The notes below the pieces were generated by a model. That model worked only from the letters and a program-made list of their open reading frames with translations. It searched no databases and had not been told where the DNA came from. A stretch of 63,900 bases of DNA, the filler included, from Octopus bimaculoides (lineage: Eukaryota), in the NCBI RefSeq assembly GCF_001194135.2. It is 7 parts of 6 records of this genome, joined end to end, with 100 filler letters (N's around TTAATTAATTAA, not from the genome) between each part and the next. Parts side by side here need not be neighbours in the genome. Positions count along the whole stretch, not along the records: positions 35,013 to 43,002 come from NW_026418294.1; positions 43,103 to 50,629 come from NC_068985.1; positions 50,730 to 59,705 come from NC_068986.1; 4 more parts are not named here. One strand, written 5' to 3'. Both the position numbers and the translations under genes were made by a program. The first letter of the stretch is position 1. Every line of letters begins with the position of its first letter. Below, piece by piece: positions 40,003 to 52,459 of the stretch.

Positions 40003-40324
40003 GCATATATGTTTCGAGATACGGTTTTGGTCATCTGCATGCATATGTACCCGTATCAAACTGTAATTAGGATGTTATGTAATACCCGGATTTTGTATTG
40101 GGGTGCCGTGTCTAACCGCCATATTTCACAGAGTCGTTAAGTACACGTTGACCAAGCTACAGAAGCTAATGACATATAGCTGTCGCTAAGATTTTTTTCA
40201 GAAATACTCTATCTGTTTAGGAGCGAATCTAACCTGGCCACATACGCACAGACACACACACACTTTTACTTGTTTCAGTCATTTGACTGCGGCAATGCTG
40301 GAGCACCTCACGGATGTTAAAGAT

Positions 40325-40540
40325 CAGCAGTTGAAGATCAGTAAAAACGAGAATATCTGTGTTGAACTATCGAGGAATCTGCAATGACTCTATCTAGGTT
40401 ACAAGTTCAGGCTTATACCTGTAATTATTGGGGCCTTGGGATATGTAACACTCTGCCTAAATACCAATCTTAAGAAATCAGGCTTCTCAAAACACTCTGC
40501 CTAAATATCAATCTTAAGAAATCAGGCCTCTCAAAACTCT
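40325..40540 (+). mobile_element. R4/Dong-like (RLE-type) non-LTR C-terminal fragment with a ~45-bp tandem duplication
   Basis: ELSRNLQ*LYLGYKFRLIPVIIGALGYV..LNTNLKK. Confidence 0.6.
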
Positions 40541-40559
40541 AATCTTCAAAATAGGACCC

Positions 40560-41125
40560 TCTGACCTCGATGCACTTTTTGTAGCGTTCCAGCCCCTTTG
40601 TGAGAGTCCCATGGAAGCCCTTAAAAGTGAAAGGGTCCAGGACCTTTGTTTACAGCTTCCCTCAACTTCTTCAGCTTGGAAAGCACCCAAAAGTCACAGG
40701 GAAGAAGGTCTGGACTGTAGGGAGGGTAAGGGATAGTTTTGATGCCCACCTCTGTCAAGTAGTTGGTTACCAGGAAGGAATTGTGGTCTGGCGCATTGCC
40801 CTTGCGCAGGTACTCTGGCCTTTTGTGTTGAAACCCCTTCTTGAATTCCCTCAAAAACCTCCACGAAGCACTTTGTTGACCGTCTGGCCATAGGGGAACC
40901 CAGTGGATATAGATGCCCTAATTGTCGAAAACGGGGACCACCATACACTTCCAGGTGGGCTTGCTTTTCCTGGCCTTATATGCTGGTAAAAAGTAAATTC
41001 TAGGCTCAGACAATTCAACCCACAAACAGTCTGGAGCAATCCATAAGTTTTTACAGCAATTTTGCCCAGTTTAACACAAAACTTTATTGCATGACGACCT
41101 TCCAAACGTCTCAACTATTCGTCTG
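40560..41125 (-). mobile_element. Internally deleted mariner transposase relic
   Basis: RHAIKFCVKLGK..TYGLL; GQTVNK; NAPDH..V..YL..GIKTIPYPPYSPDLLPCDFW..SKLK. Confidence 0.9.
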
Positions 41126-41139
41126 TGGCAAGTAATGTT

Positions 41140-41865
41140 TAGTTGGATGCGTTCAAAGTGTTGTTACAGTTGTATCCTTCAATCTAGAATAACGAAAGTC
41201 AACTTATTAAATGCTTAGCAATCATATTAAAATCTGCAATAATCTAGGATAGTTATAAGGGCTTCCCCTAAAAAAAAAAGTCTCAAAATTTCTACAATAT
41301 ACCTTGTAGTCAACTGTGAGCAGGCGTGTTTGGAAGGTTGTGTTTAAAGCGCTGTTACAGCTCTCTCCTTCAATCTGGAATAATAAACGTTGGCAGGTCA
41401 GCTTATTAGATGTCCAGTAATGACATACTAAAATTACAATAGCCTAGGACAGTTATAAATGCTGCTTCCAAAAAGAATCTCAAAACTTCTTGAATACACC
41501 TTGTTGTCAACTGTGACTTATAATGTTTAGTGGGGTATGTTTAACCCTTTCGATACCAATCTGGCTGAAACTGTCTCTGGCTCTTAGTACAAATGTCTTG
41601 TTTTCAAAAATTCTGAATGAAAATCTTCCACCAAACCTTAGTCACAATTTATGTTCCTAACACTAGCTTAATGATAATTAAGTTATTTTACTAAATTCTT
41701 TGTTATATTTAAAATTAATTAAAAGAAACACAGAACATCTCAAACAGAAATATGGTAGCAAAATGATTAAAGTGCTGTTACAGCCACCTCTTTCAATCTG
41801 GAATAACATACGTTGGCAGGTCAGCTTATTAGATGTCTAGTAATGATATACTGAAATTACATACC
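41140..41865. repeat. ~205-bp tandem repeat (2.5 copies) interrupted by a MITE
   Basis: gctgttacag..ttcaatctggaataa..gtcagcttattagatgtc recurs near 41160, 41350 and 41775. Confidence 0.8.
41545..41766. mobile_element. piggyBac-type MITE
   Basis: TTAA|CCCTTTCGATACCA ... TGGTAGCAAAATGA|TTAA; the TTAA is duplicated at the host repeat's own TTAA. Confidence 0.75.
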
Positions 41866-41984
41866 ACGACTAAGATTTACATGTGCTTTCATAAATCATG
41901 AATAACAAACGCGATGGTCACGTTTGGAACATGTTTGTCTGTAAATGAGCCATACCACGACTAACCTGCTGCACGACGAAACCA

Positions 41985-42335
41985 CAACTATAGCTATTAA
42001 TACTAACTACTATACTGTACATTAGATAATGTAGTCCTAGATAGACTATGTTCGAATAAAAGACGGGATGATCATAGCTGGAATATTTTTGATCATAGGT
42101 CAGTCTGGATCAGGACTGACCTGGGGTTAAAAACAACAACTATAGCTACTAATAATAATTACTATACTATACATTAAATAATGTAGTCCTGGATATAGTG
42201 TGTCTGAAAAACTGATGGCGTAGTCACAATTGGATCGTATTTGATCATAGGTCTGTCTGGATCAGGTCTGACCTGGGGTTAAACAACAACAACAACAAAC
42301 GCTAGAGCCATTAATACTAACTGCTATACGATGCA
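41985..42335. repeat. ~155-bp tandem repeat (about 2.3 copies) with an internal hairpin
   Basis: caactatagcta..aatgtagtcct..gatcataggtc..gacctggggttaaa occurs twice; AGGTCAGTC/GACTGACCT stem in copy 1. Confidence 0.8.
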
Positions 42336-42955
42336 CCATCCATTAGTTAATATATACCTTAATATAATGTGTAGCATCAAAGATTGATTTAAGTATATAA
42401 AAACGAACGAACATTTGACATTCAAAATGGTTTTTTTCATGGTAAAACTGACGAATAAAAGACTGGCCTTGGGCTAAGGAACTGCAACAACAACAACAAC
42501 AACAACAGCAATAATGGTAGAAAGATCAAAGACAAAAATTCTGATATATTTAATATATATTTATATCTTATCTTCTTCATTTGAAAAGCGGCGCTAGGAT
42601 AAGAACTGAAGCTATGCGCATTTTCCGAGACCACAGTTTCGTAATAAATGCTTTTGCCTTTACTTAGAGAAGCAAGCTTATCGAAATACAGTCACACTCG
42701 CATAAACGTACATATAAATAAACATACACACATACACATACACACACGCACACACATAGGGAGAAAGAGAGACACAGAAAACACAGATAAACACACAAAG
42801 AGAAAAGAATTTACACACATGCGCATACAAATATATACACATATTCAAACACGCTCGCATGGAAGTATACGCGCATTCATGTTATATAAACAGAAAATTC
42901 TACATATATACAAAATAAGAACTACATATATGCGTGTAACATAGATATACACACA

Positions 42956-43002
<47 letters not shown>

Positions 43003-43102
43003 NNNNNNNNNNNNNNNNNNNNNNNNNNNNNNNNNNNNNNNNNNNNTTAATTAATTAANNNNNNNNNNNNNNNNNNNNNNNNNNNNNNNNNNNNNNNNNN
43101 NN
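43003..43102. other. Assembly join
   Basis: 44 N + TTAATTAATTAA (43047-43058) + 44 N. Confidence 0.97.
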
Positions 43103-43159
<57 letters not shown>

Positions 43160-44754
43160 GACGTGCTTCTTTCAATTTCCGTCTATTAAGTACATTCACA
43201 AGGTTTTTCTGGAGGCTATAGTAGAAAACATTTACCCAAGAGTAACCATGAGGATGGGAAGAAGACTTCTTATCACATAGCTACGCCTGCGCCTGCGCCT
43301 GCGTTTGTTTCTTCTGCTTATTTTAGGTATTTGTTAACCGACGCGTTCCTCGATACCTCGCTAACATATTAACTACTAGCAGTGACGTAATTCATCATTC
43401 TCATTGATGATCCACTGTATTATTCTCGTTGCTAATGGTGTCCTTGTGTACTTTCAAAACGGTTTCATTTTGATTGGCACACCACCATTCCGCACACGCA
43501 CACATAATTTTGTATTACGTATCTGTCTTTACGTGCTGTGAATGTGTAAAGAAGAGACAGCGTCCGTGTATGCATGCATGTATGTATGTTATCAATCAGT
43601 TTCATTTCTGTATTTCTTGTCCACAGAGAAAGAGCCGGACTCTAACATAGGTTCAAGGCTCCTTCATTCGAACTTTTATCAACATCATCTAGGTATTTGT
43701 GCATATGTGTGTTTGTGCAGTATTTGGTGTTAGTGTATGCGCAGATTTGTACGTTTGTTTTATGGATGCGTTTTTATGTCTAGATGCATGCATATGTATT
43801 TATGTGCTAAATTTTTGGAAAGTTTTACATATCTTTACAGTTCCATTGATGGCTTGAATCTGTAGTCTTCTAATCAGCCTNNNNNNNNNNNNNNNNNNNN
43901 NNNNNNNNNNNNNNNNNNNNNNNNNNNNNNNNNNNNNNNNNNNNNNNNNNNNNNNNNNNNNNNNNNNNNNNNNNNNNNNNNNNNNNNNNNNNNNNNNNNN
44001 NNNNNNNNNNNNNNNNNNNNNNNNNNNNNNNNNNNNNNNNNNNNNNNNNNNNNNNNNNNNNNNNNNNNNNNNNNNNNNNNNNNNNNNNNNNNNNNNNNNN
44101 NNNNNNNNNNNNNNNNNNNNNNNNNNNNNNNNNNNNNNNNNNNNNNNNNNNNNNNNNNNNNNNNNNNNNNNNNNNNNNNNNNNNNNNNNNNNNNNNNNNN
44201 NNNNNNNNNNNNNNNNNNNNNNNNNNNNNNNNNNNNNNNNNNNNNNNNNNNNNNNNNNNNNNNNNNNNNNNNNNNNNNNNNNNNNNNNNNNNNNNNNNNN
44301 NNNNNNNNNNNNNNNNNNNNNNNNNNNNNNNNNNNNNNNNNNNNNNNNNNNNNNNNNNNNNNNNNNNNNNNNNNNNNNNNNNNNNNNNNNNNNNNNNNNN
44401 NNNNNNNNNNNNNNNNNNNNNNNNNNNNNNNNNNNNNNNNNNNNNNNNNNNNNNNNNNNNNNNNNNNNNNNNNNNNNNNNNNNNNNNNNNNNNNNNNNNN
44501 NNNNNNNNNNNNNNNNNNNNNNNNNNNNNNNNNNNNNNNNNNNNNNNNNNNNNNNNNNNNNNNNNNNNNNNNNNNNNNNNNNNNNNNNNNNNNNNNNNNN
44601 NNNNNNNNNNNNNNNNNNNNNNNNNNNNNNNNNNNNNNNNNNNNNNNNNNNNNNNNNNNNNNNNNNNNNNNNNNNNNNNNNNNNNNNNNNNNNNNNNNNN
44701 NNNNNNNNNNNNNNNNNNNNNNNNNNNNNNNNNNNNNNNNNNNNNNNNNNNNNG

Positions 44755-45055
44755 TTTATTGAGCGAAATCACCTAAACCTCCACAAGGCTCCAGCAGGGG
44801 ATGGTGGCGAACCCTGCTGTACTCTTTCACCACAACTTTCTCTCACTCTTACTTCCTGTTTCTGTTGTACCTGTAATTCAAAGGGTCAGCCTTGTCACAC
44901 TGTGTCACGCTGAATATCCCCGAGAACTACGTTAAGGGTACACGTGTCTGTGGAGTGCTCAGCCACTTGCACGTTAATTTCACGAGCAGGCTGTTCCGTT
45001 GATCGGATCAACTGGAACCCTCGACGTCGTAAGCGACGGAGTGCCAACAACAACA
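44755..45055 (+). mobile_element. SINE-like body with a (CAA)n tail, 5' end lost in a gap
   Basis: CpG-retaining body ending gtcgtaagcgacggagtgccaacaacaac; family not identified. Confidence 0.55.
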
Positions 45056-45575
45056 TGTATGTATGTATGATGCTTACACATTCCTGAGCTTGCAATGCAT
45101 ATTGACACTGGATACCTTGTCCTGGCTTGTCACTGAATCGTGTCAATAAGGTGGAGAGGGTCTGTGAGGTGCTGTGCAAGCCTTAATGGATATGAAATTT
45201 CAGATTGTGCAATCGTCGGGCATTGCTGGCATTCTGCAAGGGCAATGGTCAGTGATGGTTTTCCTCGGTCACGAGTCAACAGCCATCATCATCATCATCC
45301 TCCTCATCATCATCATGTATGTGTTTGTTTGTTTGTGTGTATGTGCGTGCGTGTGTGTGTTTATATGTATGTAGGTGTAGTTGAATGACCGTCCTAAAAT
45401 CATGTTTCATTTGAAGTATGTCTCTGCATTACGTGGTTGTCGTGACTCTTAAAACGGTCTGTGGGTTTATATTATTTTATTGTTAAGAGGCAACGACATA
45501 CCTACATAACATGACAATGCCTGAAAGGTGTGTTTGTATATTTGACACGCACGCATATAGCCTGAGCGTACACAA

Positions 45576-45608
<33 letters not shown>

Positions 45609-46193
45609 NNNNNNNNNNNNNNNNNNNNNNNNNNNNNNNNNNNNNNNNNNNNNNNNNNNNNNNNNNNNNNNNNNNNNNNNNNNNNNNNNNNNNNNNNNNN
45701 NNNNNNNNNNNNNNNNNNNNNNNNNNNNNNNNNNNNNNNNNNNNNNNNNNNNNNNNNNNNNNNNNNNNNNNNNNNNNNNNNNNNNNNNNNNNNNNNNNNN
45801 NNNNNNNNNNNNNNNNNNNNNNNNNNNNNNNNNNNNNNNNNNNNNNNNNNNNNNNNNNNNNNNNNNNNNNNNNNNNNNNNNNNNNNNNNNNNNNNNAATC
45901 CATTATATTTTTAAGCGTGAACACTCGACATTCCTATGTAACCAATTACAAGAATACAAACACATTTGTACATAAGTATTATGATTATATAAGCGTAAAG
46001 TAAATTCTTACTTGGGCGAGAAATGAGAGAGAGAACGAAATTAAAAAGAGAGTTTGAGATATGAAATATACTTTTCCCTTCCCTCAATTTTCTGTATCTT
46101 TTATTATTTACTTGTTTTACTCAGTGAGCTGCGCCCATGCTGGGGCACCATCTTGAATGGTTTTAGTTAAATGAATCAGCCTCGGTACATATT

Positions 46194-46540
46194 TTCTTCT
46201 TCTTCTTCTTCTTCTTCTTCTTCTTCTTCTTCTTCTTCTTCTTCTTCTTCTTCTTCTTCTTCTTCTTCTTCTTCTTCTTCTTCTTCTTCTTGCCTTTGCA
46301 CAGCTTCTAACGCTGGAGACGTACCACGGTGTCAACTGTTCACTAACAATGAACTAAGGTAACAGCTCTTATTTTTCGAGCACCTTCCGGAGTATTCCAG
46401 CAGTTCCAAGCAGTGCTGTTTTCTGCAAGTGCTCCACCCTTATTGCAGCCCCTATTTGTTCCACGTATTTCTCGAGGTTTTTGCTAATTATTTCCAGGGC
46501 TCCGACAATCATTGGTACTACTGCTATCTTTTTCATCGAC
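46194..46540 (-). mobile_element. 5'-truncated R4/Dong-like RLE retrotransposon with a (GAA)n tail
   Basis: SMKKIAVVPMIVGALEIISKNLEKYVEQIGAAIRVEHLQKTALLGTAGILRKVLEK*, a ~77-nt 3'UTR, then about 32 GAA units. Confidence 0.85.
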
Positions 46541-46622
46541 TGCCCAGCTGACAACAAGGTATGCGATAAGAAAGAAAGGAAAGTCAAGAGAAATGACAGG
46601 TTAGCTTAGGAAGTTAAGCAAC

Positions 46623-46691
<69 letters not shown>

Positions 46692-47141
46692 CTTTGTTTT
46701 GATCCTGACATCTATTCTATCAGCTACTTTTGCTGAACCGCTAAGTGACAGGGTCCTAAAAAACCGACACTGGTTCTCAAGCGGCAGTGGAAAACAAACA
46801 CGAGGACAAAGACATAGACACACACAGGCAAATGCACACATATATACATATGTCTATACATACATACATATATACATGCACACATATCTCTATACACATA
46901 CGTATTCACACATACAAATACACACACATACACACATGTATTTCTTTCAGTTTCCGTATATACATATAGTCAACAGATGTGATCCACAGATTCTCAGTAT
47001 AGAAGACAGCGGTGCTCAGATGATTCGAACTTAGACTCTGATGCCTTAAGAGGTGATTAATTCCACTGGGTAACGAATTGGTATAAGAGGGATGATGTTG
47101 AGCCGATATGGAGTCAATTATGCGGATAAACAAACTAGATA

Positions 47142-47567
47142 CCTTAAATCCTTGAGTATAGCCCGCCCTTGAGTATAATACGCAGTGGATTTTTATGGGG
47201 CTGTACCTCTGAAAAACATAAACCTTGTGTACAATACACACCCCTTCTCTAACTTGAGTCAAGGAAGTCTATATAACGTCTTTAGTTTGTAAACGTATAT
47301 ACGGTAACTTCCTTTATTATTATTCTATATATAACATAATGCAAACGTGTAGCTTATTTGTGCACTTTGTTTGCAGAAAATAAAGAAATAACAGTAATAA
47401 CGTCAGTGAAAAATAAATATTAAGTAAATTGCATTTACATATTTATCACTTCGAAATTTTTGCTTAGAAAATATTTTTCACTTTTAACCTCGTATATAGT
47501 ACGCACTAGAAATTTTTGACCTTTAAATTTTGGGAAAAAAGTGCGGATTATACTCGAGGATTTACGG
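47142..47567. mobile_element. pogo/Tc1-type MITE, 426 bp
   Basis: TA|CCTTAAATCCTTGAGTATA ... TATACTCGAGGATTTACGG|TA. Confidence 0.75.
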
Positions 47568-47798
47568 TATATTAAATATAACAGTTTAGGTATGAAATAT
47601 GAATTATGTATATATGTATACATGCAAGACGAGAGAAAGCAAAGAGGGGAGACTTTCAGACGCTGAATATTTAAGTGTAAATATATAGATATTTATATTA
47701 ATAGTTTCAACTTACACAGAGAAAATTAAAGGAGAGAAAGAAAGGTGTTATAAGTCCAACATGTGTTTGTCAGGACTCGGAGATCCATCATAATGTTG

Positions 47799-47998
47799 GT
47801 AGATGTAGTTCATCGCAATATTAAGCTGTAATGGAAGTGATCAACATTAGATAAATCGAGCCTCCGTCATCAGGGTAGAGAAGATGTTACATTTCGGATC
47901 ATAATGCAGAAAAGTTCAAAGGTAGAATGATTAAATGTGGAGAGTTAGCTGTATTAGTGGAAGCAATAGGGTCGCATATTGTGATGAACTACATCTAC
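47799..47998. mobile_element. MITE-like element with 23-bp TIRs
   Basis: gtagatgtagttcatcgcaatat / atattgtgatgaactacatctac (1 mismatch). Confidence 0.7.
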
Positions 47999-48118
47999 AT
48001 TTTATTTTCTCTACCGTTTGTACTCTGTCTATGTTGGATCTCTCAGTATAAATATCTATATATTTATACTTAAATATTCATCGTTTGAAAGTGTCCACCT
48101 TTTGCATGTATACATATA

Positions 48119-48367
48119 TCGTTCGTATTATGTTAAACAGTCGTATGTCCAAATTTGGCCAAATGAGTATTTTTCAATATTTATTTTTGCTTGCAATAGC
48201 CGGTTCTTTTGGTCAAACTATCGCATCTTCAGCTGCTTCAGATGCCAAGATATCAAAAAATATCAAAGTGTAGTACAACGGTTTTGCTATGGAATGGTGA
48301 AACTATTTTTTCGTATTCTGAAAAAGCAACGTTTTGGACTTACGACACTTTTGCATAATAGCAACGA
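48119..48367. mobile_element. MITE-like element with ~35-bp imperfect TIRs, TA-flanked
   Basis: tcgttcgtattatgttaaacagtcgtatgtccaaa versus the right-end reverse complement tcgttgctattatgcaaaagtgtcgtaagtccaaa. Confidence 0.6.
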
Positions 48368-48726
48368 TATACATATTTTGTTTTTTCATACCCAAACTGT
48401 TATATTTAATATATTTAATTTTTTATAAATTGATTTTAATTGAGTTTTTACCTGTAATTTTGGATTTTGTCCCTAATATTATTATATATATATATANNNN
48501 NNNNNNNNNNNNNNNNNNNNNNNNNNNNNNNNNNNNNNNNNNNNNNNNNNNNNNNNNNNNNNNNNNNNNNNNNNNNNNNNNNNNNNNNNNNNNNNNNNNN
48601 NNNNNNNNNNNNNNNNNNNNNNNNNNNNNNNNNNNNNNNNNNNNNNNNNNNNNNNNNNNNNNNNNNNNNNNNNNNNNNNNNNNNNNNNNNNNNNNNNNNN
48701 NNNNNNNNNNNNNNNNNNNNNNNNNN

Positions 48727-48884
48727 ATATAGTTTTAGGGAAAATAACCAAGTTATCTTATGATATTTACTTTACTTTATATTATACTCATTTATTGTGC
48801 TTTTAATTATTAATTTTGCTATATGTGATAGTGGATTTTCATCGATGAGTTCTTGAAACTTGGTTATTTTCCCTAAAACTATAT
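48727..48884. mobile_element. MITE-like element with a perfect 28-bp inverted repeat
   Basis: atatagttttagggaaaataaccaagtt (48727-48754) / aacttggttattttccctaaaactatat (48857-48884). Confidence 0.65.
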
Positions 48885-49054
48885 ATTTTATATATTTTAT
48901 CTATAAAGCTCAATTTAATTTTAATTTTTTATAAATTGATTTTAATTGAGTTTTTACCTGTAATTTTGGATTTTGTCCCTAATATTATTATATATATATA
49001 TATATATATAATTCAGGAGAAAAAATATGTATGTATGTATGTCTCCGTTTGTGA

Positions 49055-49510
49055 CTTTTAGTCTGTGTCTGTTCCTCCACCACCTCTTAACAACTGATGT
49101 TGGTGTCTTTGCACACTCGTAACTTAGCGGTTCGGCAAAAAATACCAATAGAATAAGAACCATGCTTAAAAAAAATAAGTCCTGGGTCAATTCATTCGAC
49201 TAAAAATTCAAGGCGGTGCCCCAGCATGGCCGCAGTTTAATGACTGAAGCAACTAAAAGAAAATACATATAAAGTGGCCCTGTTGTAAGAAGTTTACTTC
49301 CCAACCACATGATTCCGGGTTCCGTCCCACTGCGTAGCACCTTGAGCAAGTGTCTTCTACTATAACTTCGGGCCGACCAAAGCCTTGTGAGTGGATTTGG
49401 TAGATGGAAAAGGAAAGCCCGTATTTGTGTGTCCTTGTTTGTCTTCCCACCATCGCTTGACAACCGATGTTGGTGTGTTTACGTTACCGTAAACTAGCGG
49501 TTCGGCAAAA
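49055..49510 (+). mobile_element. Two adjacent copies of one tRNA-derived SINE (a 3' half, then a 5' portion)
   Basis: 3' half at 49055-49262; head with ttccgggttccgtcccactgcg and caccttgagcaagtgtcttctac at 49274-49510. Confidence 0.8.
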
Positions 49511-50265
49511 AACACTACATAAAACATAAATGAAAAATGTTGCCCGTCAAGCCAAAAAGATCCAGAATTTCTAAGAACAAAGCTTTTCTTTCCCTTCGGT
49601 GTCCGGGTAGGAAATTTAAGCACATTAACAATTTGTACTGCGTATACTACTTAATACTTATATCCGCCCAGATTCATGTTACATGGGCGAACGAACGTAT
49701 AAATTTACAACCACAGAGCGATCTTATTACTCCCAGCGTTCTAGGTCACGATTTCGTTATCGAATTGCTTGTCAAGCGAAATTTTTCCGAGAAAATTACT
49801 AAAAAATTGTTAACAACGGAAAGGTATATAATGTCCAAAAATATACTTTGTAATTTGATCAAATATTAAATGAGAAAAAAAAAAACAAATCAAATATTTC
49901 GAAAATACTTAAAAGCGCTGGTAACTGTGTGGACGCATGATACCTTTAGGTCTAATCTATTATTTATCAGGTTGTTCTTATCCCTATACTTAAAAATCTC
50001 ATAAGTTTCCATAGAGCACAGCTCACACCCGTATCGACTATCTCTATAAGGCTGCGCTTTCCGTATTATATCTCATTTAAGGCTAAATTCGATCCCGCTT
50101 TCCTTCATTTCCCAAATCTTGCTAGATAAGGACGTACAATTGGCGATATGTTTCAGTCTATGAAAAATAGTTACTGATACAATTTTTCATATTTATCGAA
50201 CATCCTGTGTATATGAAGTTACCAGCCTCATTTATGATTGTACATTTACAAACTCCAGCTAAGAA

Positions 50266-50304
50266 GATCTGAAGAAGAAATTGTAATTCCGAAATATCAT
50301 CGGA
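50266..50304 (+). ncRNA. Candidate minimal type-I hammerhead motif
   Basis: GAT-CTGAAGA-A-GAAATTGTAATTCC-GAAATATC-ATCGGA. Confidence 0.45.
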
Positions 50305-50629
50305 CTATAAATAACCAAATTACAACAGGTGTATAGTCCATTTTTTTGTTCAATAGTGCATTGTTGTACCATTCTAAACTTTTTATTCTTTACAAACAAT
50401 ACACAATGCTTCAAGCGAACTACAATACTCTCTTATATGTGTATATATGTGTATATATATATATGTACATATTACATGTACATCTATATATATACATCTA
50501 CACATATACATGTATACATATACATCTATATCTATATATATACATCTATACATATAGAGCTATACATATACACATGTACATATACATCTCTCTCTCTCTC
50601 TCTCTCTCTCTAAATATATATATATATAT

Positions 50630-50729
50630 NNNNNNNNNNNNNNNNNNNNNNNNNNNNNNNNNNNNNNNNNNNNTTAATTAATTAANNNNNNNNNNNNNNN
50701 NNNNNNNNNNNNNNNNNNNNNNNNNNNNN
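50630..50729. other. Assembly join
   Basis: 44 N + TTAATTAATTAA (50674-50685) + 44 N. Confidence 0.97.
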
Positions 50730-50995
50730 TACTCCTACAACAACGCTCTGTCCACAATGTTTTTTTTTTCCATGGAAAAACAAATAAAATTAAATAATAA
50801 TAATAATAATAGTCATTAAAGAAGATAAAAAAAAAACAATTTGTAGGGGGTGGGGAAGGAGGAACGGATGAGTGGATGTTTGTTTCTAACATTAAAAGTT
50901 AGATCATAAGATCTCTTTTATTGGCCTTCACATTACCAAAAACAAAAAAATTCTTTTATGACATCAGTATCATATATATACATATATATACATAC

Positions 50996-51026
<31 letters not shown>

Positions 51027-51419
51027 TGCAACAAAATTTAGGAATACTTGCTGAGTTTGGTGGCTGTATATTATTATTATTTTCTTTTTACCTCCCCTTC
51101 TTCTCTCCCATATCATGTTGGTAGTCATATCACATTTATGTTCACAGATAAAAACGTTCTCAAGATAGAGTGGGAATATTGTCACTAAAGAACAGGTTGC
51201 ATGGGGGCAGGGTGTTATTTATTTATGTAATTCACCAACTCACCCACCCACCCACAGTGTCATTGTCTCCCTCTCTTCCCTCTAAATGCTTAGCAGTTCT
51301 GTTTAAGTTTCCATGTACAAACTACTTTGCATTATATCTGGCTAGTTTGTTTCTTTTTTTAGGTTTTTGCCATAAGCCACTTCCCATTCACTTTTACATA
51401 CATATATACATACATACTA

Positions 51420-51531
<112 letters not shown>

Positions 51532-52222
51532 TATATACATATGTATATATACATATATGTACATATAAATATGTATGTATATATATATATATGTGTGTGT
51601 GTATGTATATATATACACACACAAACACACGTATGTATGTATGTATGGTAGCTTAAGAAACATTTGTCTATGTTACTGTATAAGTAGCGACAACGGTGAC
51701 ATTTGTGTATACTGCAGTATATATATATATATACACATGCATACAGAGAGAGAGAGAGAGTAATTTGACTGACATGAATCTCAATGCTGCTAATACATTG
51801 TAGCTTAGGCAGCCAGTCATTGTTTCCTGTCCAGGAGAACAGTTCTTGTTCGAGGCAGTGGAGAAACAGTTTTATGCCCTCACAAGCTTACAGAGTCATT
51901 TGAAGAACAGTTCTTCTCTTTTCATGCTCAATATTTTCCAAGTTTGGAGACACCCTGTCTCATCACGCAAGCCCTGCAAAACTGGCAAGATGTATTCTGT
52001 CTAACTCAGTAAAAACTGGGAGCTAAAGGAAAAGTTTTCTTTTTCTTTGTCAAAACCCTAACAGCCATGTTAACATTTCATAAATTATATTTCTTTATGT
52101 GTATGTATGATGGCTGTGTGTATGTATGTGTGTGTGCATATATATATATATATATATACATACATACACAGATGTACATACACATGATAGATTTATTTCT
52201 AATATTGTTGATCTCTCCTTGA

Positions 52223-52459
52223 CCCTTTAGCATTTAAACTGGCCATAATCCAGCCCCTATATTCTACCTGTTTTATGTTCAAAGTGGCCAGATCGAACCT
52301 ACACTATCATTTTAAATATCATACAATACCCTACAATATCATTTTAAAAACTAAACAATTACATCAAAATCTTGATATTACAAGATAATGCATGATTAAT
52401 TAAAAACAACATACATAAATAAGCATTAGATTTGACAGAGAAATCTGAATGCTAAAGGG
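52223..52459. mobile_element. piggyBac-type MITE
   Basis: CCCTTTAGCATT / AATGCTAAAGGG TIRs; flanks TTGA and TTAC (degenerate TTAA). Confidence 0.75.

Noticed and set aside
45070-45260. Unique stretch with a minus-strand GTAAGC donor and the TLSTLLTRFSDKPGQGIQCQYALQAQEC frame
   Set aside because: No recognisable homology and no good acceptor in the open frame; may be a LINE 3' remnant.
47862-47900. Minus-strand TCC-GAAA-TGTAACA-TC...CTGATGA-C-GGA as a type-II hammerhead inside a MITE
   Set aside because: Stems II and III fit, but the 9 nt that must form stem I (TTCTCTACC) cannot pair.
49760-49790. GCTT gtc AAGC-GAAA stem
   Set aside because: The upstream 7-mer (TCGAATT) does not resemble the hammerhead core.
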